From Ginkgo biloba (lineage: Eukaryota > Plantae > Ginkgophyta): DNA of 16,650 nt. The translations under genes and the position numbers were made by a program. The notes below the pieces were generated by a model, which searched no databases, was not told where the DNA came from, and was given only the letters and a program-made list of their open reading frames with translations. Below are positions 1 to 10,572 of the stretch, one piece after another (the first letter of the stretch is position 1; the number at the start of each line of letters is the position of its first letter). The stretch lies in NCBI GenBank assembly GCA_024626585.2, contig JANKJI020000002.1, positions 18,393,642 to 18,410,291 of the forward strand. Direction: 5' to 3'.

Positions 1-326
1 CCAAGTGCTATGGTGCACGCGACTAGTCGCAAGGTTGCCTCGTCGCAGAATGATATCCATTTCTTGTCTTGGGGTGCGACTTGCACTCTTTGCTTGTGCA
101 AGTGCTATGTTGGGCACAACCGATTGCAAGACTGTGTCGTCATGGGATGATATCTATGATTAGCCTTTTAGGCTATTTGGTGCGATAGGTACAAGTTGCA
201 ACTTCTATTTGGTGTGATTAGCCTTTTAAGCCTTTTAGAGTTTTTACTACATCTTGAAATGTCGCATAGTGTGGCGTTGATGTGCAATCAAGAGACAAAT
301 TTAAGAAATTGGCTTGTTCTACAGTG
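1..326. mobile_element. Right end of a CACTA/EnSpm-superfamily (CACTG variant) DNA transposon with subterminal repeats
   Basis: The segment ends ...GGCTTGTTCTACAGTG at 326, whose reverse complement begins CACTGTAGAACAAGCC. Upstream are repeated GCGAC/GTCGCA motifs, a degenerate ~97 bp duplication (CAAGTGCTATG...ATGATATC at ~2 and ~99) and TGATTAGCCTTTTA twice. The other end is outside the window, so the 3-bp TSD (ATA) cannot be checked. Confidence 0.6.
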
Positions 327-395
327 ATAGGGCCATTCCTTGTGATTATTTACATTATGATACAATTGTGCAAGCTGCATAAACGGTTATGTTCT

Positions 396-579
396 AAACA
401 ACTTCAAGCAGGAGTCATTGAACCAATATGAAATAGCTTCCCCAAACAACTTTGCTAAACTAGCAAAGCCATTTGCATGTAGTCGGGCCATGACATAGAG
501 GCCAAGCCATTGTGTTTTGAGCTTCCCTTTCATATTTTTGAATTTGCTATCAAAGAGGAGGATGGGACCTTTTCCCGAG
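396..579 (+). pseudogene. Possible heavily internally deleted Ty3/gypsy pol remnant
   Basis: Short motifs occur in pol order: KQLQAGVIEPI (RT N-terminus, LLxAGxIEP-like), NNFAKLAKP (RT thumb/connection) and FELPFHIF (start of RNase H). Each match is short. Confidence 0.35.
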
Positions 580-802
580 NNNNNNNNNNNNNNNNNNNNN
601 NNNNNNNNNNNNNNNNNNNNNNNNNNNNNNNNNNNNNNNNNNNNNNNNTGTTACGTTACTTCGAATGGAATCCATCACTGGCCCGGCCATAGCTCCAATG
701 CCTCCCCGATCTATTCGTGGTTGAGTCAATAACATGCGATAACATGGAACAAAACTGGAGCAGCATTTGAGCACCCCACCCAGAACCTCCCTTTTCTTTG
801 AC

Positions 803-2028
803 CTGAAAGCATAGAACTCGTTTGCGATAGTGAGCTTCCTTTATGCACTTATGCATTGTTTCTGGATGCCAAAGTGCTATTGCGTGTGTTTCCTCCAACT
901 CGTTCAACTGGACCAATCTTTATTTTAAGGACTATTCATCATCCCATTTTTCTTCGATTGCAATTCGAAGGCTAGGAATTTGAAGTTCTATTGTTAGGAC
1001 TACTTCTTGGCCGTAGACTAGTTGGAACGGGGTATGACCTGTGGTTAGCTTATAAGTGGTGCGAAATGGCCAACAATATTGCATGTAGTTTCTTTGCTCA
1101 ATCACGTCGTCCATCTGTGCAAATTTTTGTCAACAAATTGCATATGATTTTGTTTGAGAACGGAGCTAATCCATTGCATCTTGGATAGTAGGGCGTGCTC
1201 TTCTAATGTTTAATCATGAACTCGGAAGTTAAAAATTTTATAACATTATTGACGAAATGCATCCCTCTATCACTTACCAATTTGACCGGGCAATCGAAAT
1301 GCACTAGTACGCATTCATACAAGAAGCGAGCCATTTTATTAGCCATGTTATCTCAAGTTGATCTAGCTTCAACCCATTTGGTGGAATATTCTATTGCCAC
1401 AATGATGTATTATTCTTTTGTTTTACGTGTAGGTGGTTTAGTGGGACCAATAAAGTTAATCCCCTATTTTTTAAAAGGGAATTATGCCTTAACTGGATTC
1501 AAGGGGATGAAGTCTTGAATTGTTAATTTTCTAAGTTGTTGGCATATATCACATCACTTCCACCAAGCATGAGCATATAAAAATAGGGATGGCCACTATA
1601 GACCATTCATTAAAACTTTCCTGGCCATTTTGTTGCCATAATTATGCCCACTTGTGATGCTATCATGAGCTTCATGTAGAACATCTGGTATATCTGCATA
1701 GTGCTTCATCTTTATCTAGCTTATATAAGTATCCACCAATGAGAGTGTATTCAATCACCTTCCTTAATAAACTATTCTTTTAAGAAGTGGTGTGGAGAGA
1801 AGGTGCATGGCCAGTTGATAAATATTCCACTATCTCATGGAGGTTGAATGGAATAAATCATGCTCTGAGTTGTGACAAGATATACACAATTGCCACTATA
1901 GAGACATCCATGTGGACATAAAAGTTGATATTCCATTTAGGAAATTATGAAAAAGAGCTTCTACTAATTTTGTCATTATGAGTTTAAAAGATTCTTGACA
2001 TTATATCATCCAAGAGAAGGGACTATCA
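803..2028 (-). mobile_element. Degenerate Ty3/gypsy (non-chromovirus, Athila/Tat-like) pol fragment: RT connection, RNase H N-terminus, integrase
   Basis: Minus-strand translation with stops and frameshifts gives FSW..CQESF..KLVEA..FPKWNINFYVHMDVS (RNase H start), then a deletion. It continues with LHEAHDSITSGH...WPSL...CDICQ (HHCC zinc finger), INFIGP, EYSTKWVEA, LVSDRGMHFVN, STPYYPRCNG and TGHTPFQLVYGQE (rve core), ending near FQV at ~803. Confidence 0.93.
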
Positions 2029-2315
2029 NNNNNNNNNNNNNNNNNNNNNNNNNNNNNNNNNNNNNNNNNNNNNNNNNNNNNNNNNNNNNNNNNNNNNNNN
2101 NNNNNNNNNNNNNNNNNNNNNNNNNNNNATTTTTCAGCTATGGTTGCACTTACCTTCATCAAACAAAGCGTCTTAACTGGGCAAGCACCCCATATTGGTA
2201 AGTTTTCTGAAACCTAATGATGCAGAATTGATTTCAGGCTATTGGAACAAATTAGTATACACTGTCTATGCCATCTGTTAATATAAGATGTCTGCATCAA
2301 TTAAAATAAATTAGT

Positions 2316-3415
2316 TGTGACGTGTATTCATGCATGAAGGGCACACCGAAAGTAGGTGGTCTCTTTTTAGAGCCATTTTATGGTTTAAATGCTATCTATG
2401 GGTGCACATAATGAATAATTAATCCAAGTAACCCTTCCTTTGCCATGCAAACACAAATTAACCCTACTATGAGAAAACCATAGGTCCTGCCTCTACGGGT
2501 GGCATGTATATTGCAGCTAATATCCATTGGTAGATAGTGTTACATGATTAACCTAATTATTTTGGAGCATTTATGGGCTTAAAGTGGTAGCAGGTTGCAA
2601 TACACTCTGGTATGAGGCTATCAAGTTGAAAGAATACCCCACAGTCTCTTAGCCCTCACGATGGATGGTATGGCTATTGGTTGAAAGGATACCCCTCTGT
2701 TCTGTTAGCCATATGGATTGAAATAGATCCTAGATGACTATTAGGTTGAAAGGATACCCATGGAACTATCAGTCATGCTATCTTAAATTAACATAAATGG
2801 GTTGAAAAGATACCCATAGAAAGGTACCCAAAATTCATATAGATAAATAATTTCCAAAGGGTAGAACCTTACTAAGGATAATCTTGGGGCTAAAAAGGGT
2901 TTGAAATGAGAAGTATGGCTTGACACCCTTATTTACGTTGGGTTGATTGGTGGAGTTAATAAAATAGTAATAGTTGGTAAATGTTTATGGTGCACATGGG
3001 GATGCCACTAGAGGTTTGGGTGCTAAATCAATAAATCCTTTAGTTCGTCCCTAAGGCCTACATCAAATGCACAATTCCCATGTTGCTAATTCCATAGTAC
3101 TAACAATCCTAGCCTTGTGGCCTTTGCGATATACATGTTAAAATTGCATTGCACCATAATTTCATATTAATAAATATCTAGGTGCACGTATGAATATATG
3201 TTGCATATTTGTTGGAGATTGTGAAGGCTACTTAGTGGAACGTATTGTAAATGAATATGAGTAACGATTGCACTATGGCAAGTTTAAAATGTTGATAAGT
3301 TATATATATGTTGATTCTTAATGTATGCCATTAAGAAAGGTTGTCATATAGGTTGAGTATGCTTATTCTGTAGGGCTTACATATAGCTTATGAGCAGGGA
3401 AGGCGTGTTGTTACA
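2316..3415 (+). mobile_element. Solo-LTR-like element, family A copy 1 (~1.1 kb)
   Basis: Starts TGTGAC and ends GTTACA (TG..CA with an imperfect terminal inverted repeat). Colinear with 9938..10570 (+) and 10573..11527 (-). The flanks (TTAGT/AATAT) do not form a TSD. Orientation is inferred. Confidence 0.7.
2625..2815 (+). repeat. Four regularly spaced GTTGAAAGGATACCC motifs (periods 55, 65, 56 bp)
   Basis: Motifs start at 2625 (GTTGAAAGAATACCC), 2680, 2745 and 2801 (GTTGAAAAGATACCC). Confidence 0.9.
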
Positions 3416-4311
3416 AATATGACCTCTTTTTGCAAGTCATCGTATATGTACTACAAAGTACAAGTTCTAATAATATATTGCTAAACTGCATCAACATGCA
3501 AGAGTTGGAGGAACTAGCTTATGAAACGGTCAAGAATTATGAGACTAGAACAAGAAAGCTCTGCAATAGAGAAATCATGGAGTTCTTAGTAGATAGACTA
3601 ATTGATTCTTGTTGATGATCCCTTTGTCAAACTTGATTATTCTATAATAAGTTAAATATTTTTTCTATGACATCTTATAGAAATGTTATTATATTCTCAA
3701 TCAAATGAGGAATTCATTCAATCGATGATGTCATAAATTATCCTAGAGATCTCACATGGTTAATCAAATAAGGATTAGGATATATTACTACTAATACTAG
3801 TTTTGATTANNNNNNNNNNNNNNNNNNNNNNNNNNNNNNNNNNNNNNNNNNNNNNNNNNNNNNNNNNNNNNNNNNNNNNNNNNNNNNNNNNNNNNNNNNN
3901 NNNNNNNNNTCACTATTTGTTCCTTATTTTGCATGTCAGCTTTTCTAAAATCAGGCATATGATTCTACGATTCACAATCTAGTCTTGTCTTAAAGAAAAG
4001 TGTGAAGACTTTTGTATTTTGAAATTTGTTTATCTACACCCTTGTGAAAAGCCTGCACTAGGCTTCTTGTGTGTCATGAAAGGCTGTAAATAACAGTAGT
4101 GGCTGAGGCATCTGGAAACAAAAGAAGGAAACATATTCTTCAGAGATATTATGTAATGCAGTTTGTTCCCCATTTTTTGAAAACTTGTGGCTCTGTAAAG
4201 ACTAAGAATATATTGACCCAAGCTTTGCCCATATGGGCATGTTTGATTTAAACAAAAGGTGTAAGAGCATGTCCGCTAGGAGGGAGGCACCTGCAAACAA
4301 ATAATGACAGT

Positions 4312-4793
4312 TGTGCTAATAAACAATATTCTAAAACGAGGAGTAGGACCAACTAAGTATTGCAATTAATCTTGTATTTCTGCCCATAGTCTGTTTGAAT
4401 CCATGTGAATGGAACGGAAGTTTGAATAGGGACCGCCCAAGGACGGAACTGCCCAGGAAAATCATGGACAGAACTACTCAGGGAAGGTACGGAACCACCC
4501 AAGCAGATCAAGGATGGAACCACTTAGGGAGGGGGAGGGACCGCCCAAAGAGAATGAAGGTGTCCAATTTGATATTGCCATTCCTAGTTGAACGATATTA
4601 GAGGACCATCTTATACACAAGCCATGGAGAGTCTAACCCTACAACTAGGTAAGGAATCATTATTCATGCTTATACCCATCATACACAAGGACTAGACTAC
4701 TACCCTTAGAATAGGTAGCCTTTGCACTAACATTTTCTACCGTGACCTATGTGATGCAGGTTCCACGCGTGTGCTACTTAGGAGCCTGTAACA
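4312..4793 (+). mobile_element. Short solo-LTR-like element (~480 bp) with an internal GC-rich tandem array
   Basis: Ends are TGTGCT...GTAACA, with flanks ACAGT/CTAGT (3/5 match). About six degenerate GGACGGAACCGCCCAGG units lie at ~4429-4550. There is also an internal AGGTAAG...TGCAGG intron-like pair. Confidence 0.5.
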
Positions 4794-6950
4794 CTAGTAA
4801 TTAGGAACCCATTAAGATAACCAAATATAGCCTGCACTACTTACAAGGGAGGAATTCCATTGTTCATTTGTCACACAGCTTTTGCAGGACGTCCAATGAA
4901 GATCCTAAAGCATTCATCTGGACGCAATGCACATTAACACCACTACCATCAAGGTCTATGCTCCTCCTTCCTTCTCCTTTGGTCTCCTCCAATCCTTTAG
5001 CTGTAATCTTGTCAGAATATCATGTCTTCTTTCTTCAAAAGGGGCACCTTTTTATAGCTAACTCTCCAACTAAATCTAATACAAATTTTACTAGCACATG
5101 TATCTACATTATAATTTTAACTTGATATGGCTAGAGGTAGATTGAGATTAGTTGAAGAGACAACTGTAGAGACACATCACAGTAATTTAAATGAGATAAT
5201 GGAGAAAGAGGGGGACAGAAGATCAGCTAAGACAAAGTGTGAGAACCCAAGACCTCGCTTTGATCATAGTGGAGCATGGGTTCAATCAGAAATGTCACCA
5301 CCTCTGTTGAAGGGCCTCTAGAAGATGAACAGTGAAGAATCATGCAATACTACCATCAAAAGGGCTGAACTTGGTAACCATAAGACAGGTCCTAAACACT
5401 GGCACTACANNNNNNNNNNGCCTGTCATGGTCTATCTTTGCCCACATAAAAAGGCGAGCACGTTACACTGAGGAGATTATTCTTGTGTTGCACATTTGTA
5501 TATATCTTATTTATGTTCTGTATAGGGCATGATGTTGATGATGGTAATTTTTTTTGGATTATTTACTGTTGTTTCAAGCTAGCTCCAAGCCACAGTTGCT
5601 TTCAACATTGTACAAGTCACTAGCTGCTGACAGTGTCAAAAATTCACATGGGAGAAAATAAGAATCAAAAGAAAGAGTAGCAAGTCACACTAGATTCCTT
5701 AGACAAGGCAGGTACACCAGAGTTGATCGAGGATATTGTATACTGATAAATCAGCCTTGAAGCACGTAATTAGCAGCCGTGCTTATCAGCTATCCAATTG
5801 TGCAATCAGCAAAATTGCACAATGCAGGTAAAATTCACAGTGAAGAAGAAACAATTATTCTCACTCATGACCCCGAATTCCCTCCAAATTCACTGGCGCA
5901 GGTTGACAGAAAATTCTTCACATAAGACCTTGAAATCAAGGTCTTTAAAAAGAAGGGAATTGTTAGGACCTTTGCCCTCCCATGAAGATTTTTTATGTTG
6001 TTGAATAAAATTCAATCTTTAAATGTATGGACCAACCAAGACTTATTCTCACTTAATATCAGGTCATTCTATTGAGAATTCACCAAGCACATGTTAGCAT
6101 TTGGATTTAAAAACTTAACAATTAGGTGAGGTTTAGGCGGAGCTCAAAAGGATGAGGATAATATATGAAGGCTTGAGACATAGACCACTCTTCAATCTCT
6201 ATTGTATAGTGTGTTGAAGAGCTCCGGTTCATCCAAGCAGCATTCTTCTAGTTTTCCAGGAATCATATAAATTTCACATATGTAGTTGCTTGATGGGAAA
6301 GTCAACATTTCAGTCAATATTCCAGAAAAAAGTGACATGAATAAGCATCTGAGTAAACCAGATCACTGATTCTCCATTCCTGATATGTGTAAAGTTTTCA
6401 TCAGTTAGCATTGTTTGGTGATGAATATATATCAGACATTCAACTGAAATCATTGACTTAAAATGTGAACAGTAAAATGATCAGCTATCCAGTAATGCAA
6501 GATTCCATCCATTGGAATTTCCTTCAGGAGGCTGCACTGAAGGAAAGACATTTTCCTTTCAAATACCAACATTTTTGGGGGTTATTTCAGATGCTAACTA
6601 TAACAAAACCAAGCTCAATTCGGAATTAACAGCAGTTAAAATATGCAATTAGCATTTTTTCTCCATCAGGTTTGCCAGCAATTGATGGTTATAAGTAATG
6701 GTAACATTGTTTCCCGCTACTAGATCTCATTTTTCCCAATATGTGAACACACAAGCTGTTTCTTTCCTCATGGCTGCTAATGCATGAGACTCGTTGAGCC
6801 GAGTACAATCCTATAAAATTTCTTGTATGATCTCTTGGAAAACAAATTGGTCTCATCAAAATTTAACTCTGAGCAAACTTTGACTCTCTTATGGCTCTAT
6901 AGATTAATAATTATGTCTCACAATATAAAATGAATGATCCATACAGAAAA

Positions 6951-7132
6951 TAATGTACCCGCTTGGTATTGGAGGATTTGTCAAAGTATTGCAGAATTGT
7001 TATGATCAACTCCAAGGGGATAATCGGCTTTTAACACAGTCTTTATCCTCTGTAACACGGAAGCCTGAATGCTATTTTATGCATCCAAGATGATTTGCCA
7101 ACTAAGATCTACCAACATCAATCCCACAGATT
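6951..7132 (-). mobile_element. LTR terminus, family B (runs into the N-gap)
   Basis: TAATGTACCCGCTTGGTATTGGAGG...TCCAAGGGGATAATC matches the reverse complement of ~14860-14940 (TGATGTACCCACTTGGTGTTGGAGG...TCCAAGGGGGTAATC). The similarity stops at the same boundary in both copies. Confidence 0.7.
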
Positions 7133-7812
7133 NNNNNNNNNNNNNNNNNNNNNNNNNNNNNNNNNNNNNNNNNNNNNNNNNNNNNNNNNNNNNNNNNNNN
7201 NNNNNNNNNNNNNNNNNNNNNNNNNNNNNNNNNNNNNNNNNNNNNNNNNNNNNNNNNNNNNNNNNNNNNNNNNNNNNNNNNNNNNNNNNNNNNNNNNNNN
7301 NNNNNNNNNNNNNNNNNNNNNNNNNNNNNNNNNNNNNNNNNNNNNNNNNNNNNNNNNNNNNNNNNNNNNNNNNNNNNNNNNNNNNNNNNNNNNNNNNNNN
7401 NNNNNNNNNNNNNNNNNNNNNNNNNNNNNNNNNNNNNNNNNNNNNNNNNNNNNNNNNNNNNNNNNNNNNNNNNNNNNNNNNNNNNNNNNNNNNNNNNNNN
7501 NNNNNNNNNNNNNNNNNNNNNNNNNNNNNNNNNNNNNNNNNNNNNNNNNNNNNNNNNNNNNNNNNNNNNNNNNNNNNNNNNNNNNNNNNNNNNNNNNNNN
7601 NNNNNNNNNNNNNNNNNNNNNNNNNNNNNNNNNNNNNNNNNNNNNNNNNNNNNNNNNNNNNNNNNNNNNNNNNNNNNNNNNNNNNNNNNNNNNNNNNNNN
7701 NNNNNNNNNNNNNNNNNNNNNNNNNNNNNNNNNNNNNNNNNNNNNNNTAATTCAAAAATTAAAAGGAACAATGAATATCTACTTGCATTTTATACGAAAT
7801 CCATTGGCTTAC

Positions 7813-8103
7813 CCTTTGAAAGAGTAATGTGTCGATTGCTGGAATCAATAGGATCACTTTCCCCTCCCTTCCAGCAAAGATAACCTCCTGAATCAAGACA
7901 AGAGCCTGTCCTATGAAGGGTGTGAAATTTTTCAATGTCTTCGCCATCGCCATTCTTTGCTTGTCGATCTTTACTTCGTTGACATGTCAACTTATGCCTT
8001 AAAATCCACATCAACAGGACAGCAAGAACCAAAAGCAGAGCTATTCCAATTATCCCTAAGATCCACCCCAATGAGAGCCGAGTAGAGATCTTGACTGGAA
8101 TTT
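7813..8103 (-). CDS. LYK3: Internal exon of a LysM receptor-like kinase (LYK3-like): transmembrane and juxtamembrane region
   Basis: Acceptor is TCTGTTCTTTTGCAG| and donor is G|GTAAGC; the exon is 291 nt, phase 1-1. It encodes EIPVKISTRLSLGWILGIIGIALLLVLAVLLMWILR...KFHTLHRTGSCLDSGGYLCWK...SSNRHITLSK. This matches my recollection of the LYK3-family pattern GWIxGGLGxxLALI...KFHILRKSSFCCxSGRYIC...SSSHQITIPK just upstream of the kinase domain. Confidence 0.82.
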
Positions 8104-8569
8104 CTGCAAAAGAACAGAGTACTGAATCAGATAGGAAATGCTTCCTTAGAGTCTCAACCATCTTAGCTAAATGACATAACATAATATTTTCAATATGCAA
8201 AAAGATCATGGTCTTTGCAGCGTAATCAAATGAACGAGTAGCTGCCAAGAAGAATATTATCATCTAGGTGAAAAGACATTTACAGATCAATGTTCCATTA
8301 GTGCCCAAAATGCTGTACATCTCCATTAGAGAAGATACATGAGACCAAAAAGTCCAGCATACAGTTAAAATTCAATATGCTTGAAGAAATGCTATATACT
8401 AGTCTTGTTTTCTTAAGTTGGGCAATTGCATTAATACACAAAAACATAATACATCAATAAAACACATAAAAATACAAATACAAATTTAATGGCACGCAGG
8501 CCTCATATCATCACTCAACAAAGCATGCACACAAGAGACCAAGAACATATTTTCTTATATGTAAATCCA

Positions 8570-8803
8570 AATCTTGCATTCCACTTGGCCCACCAGCCTA
8601 AATTAGAATTACATATATTCCCCCACTAAGGTTTGACCACAAATTACATACCATAACCTCCCTCTTGGATGCTTTACACAAATTCTTCTTGGTTTCCTCT
8701 ATCGATAGTTCTATTAGTTATCTCACCTCCACTAAGTGCTCCTTAACTATCCACAACTACCTCAAACTTGATAAATTTTCTAGATCTCTCCTATTTCCCT
8801 TGG
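8570..8803 (-). mobile_element. Possible highly decayed RTE-clade LINE 3' fragment
   Basis: The minus strand shows weak traces of LRWFGHV-like (TTGAGGTAGTTGTGGATAGTT) and RGRPRK-like (AGAGGAAACCAAGAAGA) motifs in the expected order. Indels are needed to read them. Confidence 0.25.
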
Positions 8804-9763
8804 NNNNNNNNNNNNNNNNNNNNNNNNNNNNNNNNNNNNNNNNNNNNNNNNNNNNNNNNNNNNNNNNNNNNNNNNNNNNNNNNNNNNNNNNNNNNNNNNN
8901 NNNATATTCCTAAGACAGTTTAATTTGATCTACGTGTATGAATTTGTGACACTACAAAACAATGTATAATAGGCTAAAAGCCTAGTCTTAAATAATTGCA
9001 GTGTCTTATCATCCGGGTGAAGATCAAATTTTAGAGGTCCATGTTAATGCTCAGAATTGTGAGCCTCTAGCAAACAAGCAAGTACAGACAAGCCCAAAAA
9101 TCTGAAAAATCGATTAAACACTTATCTTCTAACATAATTAAGCTAATATAAGGAAATTCTTGATTGCAAAAAGTAACAATTGAAAGTGAGATAATTACGT
9201 AGCTCATAATTATGTGACATGCGTGATCCTTTCATGATGCCTCTGTTTACACATTTTTGCATGACAAAGACCAACATNNNNNNNNNNNNNNNNNNNNNNN
9301 NNNNNNNNNNNNNNNNNNNNNNNNGATGATATAGTCTCTCTGAGGCCCCATAGAAAATGCACATATTTAAAACAAAACATAACAATGATCCAGATCATAT
9401 TTTCCAGTTGCCATAATTAAAATGATCCCTGATACAATTTTTAGTTCCTGGTAAATGGAACCCACTAAACAGTGCACGTAACTTAAACAAACCAAGATAT
9501 TTCCCCGTGGCCTCTCCTATCAAAGTAACAATGTTCAGAAACTATAAGCTTATGCAAAAGACACTTGAATCAAAGTTCAGTTGATATTTTCAGCCTGTAC
9601 CTATTTATCATCCAGAAAATTCAAGTTAATCGAGAGAAAAATTTAAAAAGCTACCACGACATCTCATAATTTGCTTTCTCAATAAATGAATGGCCATCAA
9701 TACATGGAGCAGATCTCAAAATGCAATCTAGAACGATAATCTCAAAGACAAAGCTAGTCATAC

Positions 9764-9835
9764 CTTCATATGGAGCCACAGATGGAGGTGGGGTAGGAGC
9801 AATGTCTTCTTGGACAGGGTATGGAACTCCAGGAA
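9764..9835 (-). CDS. LYK3: Internal exon of a LysM receptor-like kinase (LYK3-like): Pro-rich stalk after the last LysM
   Basis: Acceptor is TGCAG| and donor is G|GTATGA; the exon is 72 nt, phase 1-1. It encodes (V)PGVPYPVQEDIAPTPPPSVAPYE, similar to the LYK3 SVPGEPY...PAPSPAP stalk. It joins in frame (G|AA = Glu) to the 8103 exon across intron 8104..9763. Confidence 0.8.
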
Positions 9836-9937
9836 CTGCAGTCCAAGACAACACCAACTAGTGAAAACATGCTTTACAATCAACCATTATGAGGAAATTG
9901 TAAAGATCTTCTAGAATTGTCCAAAATAAATACAAAA

Positions 9938-10570
9938 TGTGCTATGTATTATGCATGAATGGAAAATATACCATAGGACATCTCTTTTTAGGGATTATTT
10001 AAGGATGATATGATGATATAAATGCTATCTATGATGAATGGATGCCATAATTGAATTAGGAAACCCTTTCCTTATCATGAATATTGATTTGACCCCACTA
10101 ATGATGAAACCCTAGGTCTTGACCATAAGGGTGACATGGATTCAAACTAGATAATCCTTTGGGGGATTGTTATGATTGTTATCCCTTTATTCTCTACATG
10201 CATTTATGGGCTTGAAACTAGCAATTGATTGCAATATAACTAGGATGAGGGCAATCAAATTGAAAGGACACCCCATAGTCTGTTAGCCCTCAAGGTTGAT
10301 TCTATCTATATCAAGTTGAAAGGATACCTTGTAGTCTGTTAACCATACAGGTTGAAATAGACCCAAAGTGATTGTTGAGTTGAAAGGATACCCACTAAGC
10401 TATCAATTATAGGTGCCATTAATCAATATAAATAAGTTGAGAAGATACCCATAGGAGGGTACCATAAATTAATGTAAATGAACATTGCCAATTAAGGGTG
10501 GAACCCTACCTGGCTTATTCATGGTGCAAAAGAGGGGTTGCAACAACACCTATGGCATGGCACATTTATT
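9938..10570 (+). mobile_element. LTR-like family A copy 2 (5' part, truncated)
   Basis: Starts with TGTG at the same boundary as copy 1. Shared blocks include ATGCATGAA, CTCTTTTTAG, AAATGCTATCTATG, GCATTTATGGGCTT and the four-motif array. Confidence 0.8.
10259..10450 (+). repeat. Four regularly spaced GTTGAAAGGATACCC-type motifs (periods 56, 64, 57 bp)
   Basis: Motifs start at 10259, 10315, 10379 and 10436. Confidence 0.9.
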
Positions 10571-10572
10571 AA

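Noticed and set aside
1216-1518. 100-aa plus-strand ORF
   Set aside because: It is the antisense shadow of the minus-strand integrase.
2625-2815. CRISPR array (GTTGAAAG repeat, regular spacing)
   Set aside because: The context is eukaryotic with no cas genes, and the repeat is only 15 bp. The spacers resemble each other (TCT.TTAGCC, CTAT) and are homologous between the two dispersed copies.
3430-3615. 61-aa ORF with helical-looking composition
   Set aside because: It is short, has a non-ATG start, and shows no recognisable motif or clear splice context.
4074-4111. Phase-compatible alternative last exon (TTTTGTTTCCAG|, DASATTVIYSLS*) giving a kinase-less receptor
   Set aside because: Such acceptors occur by chance in AT-rich introns, and there is no homology or expression evidence.
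5743-5790. Stem-loop CTGATAA...AAGCACG/CGTGCTT...ATCAG as a ribozyme or ncRNA
   Set aside because: It lacks the CTGANGA/GAAA hammerhead core and any snoRNA boxes.
5924-5945. Perfect 10-bp inverted repeat AAGACCTTGA-AA-TCAAGGTCTT
   Set aside because: It is isolated, with no TSD or second copy, and could be chance.
7069-7883. Long ORFs in the ORF track
   Set aside because: These are artefacts of the 615-N gap. The same applies to the other X-rich ORFs.
7790-8263. 157-aa ORF as a stand-alone gene
   Set aside because: Only 7813-8103 is bounded by splice sites and resembles a known protein. The rest is intron read-through.
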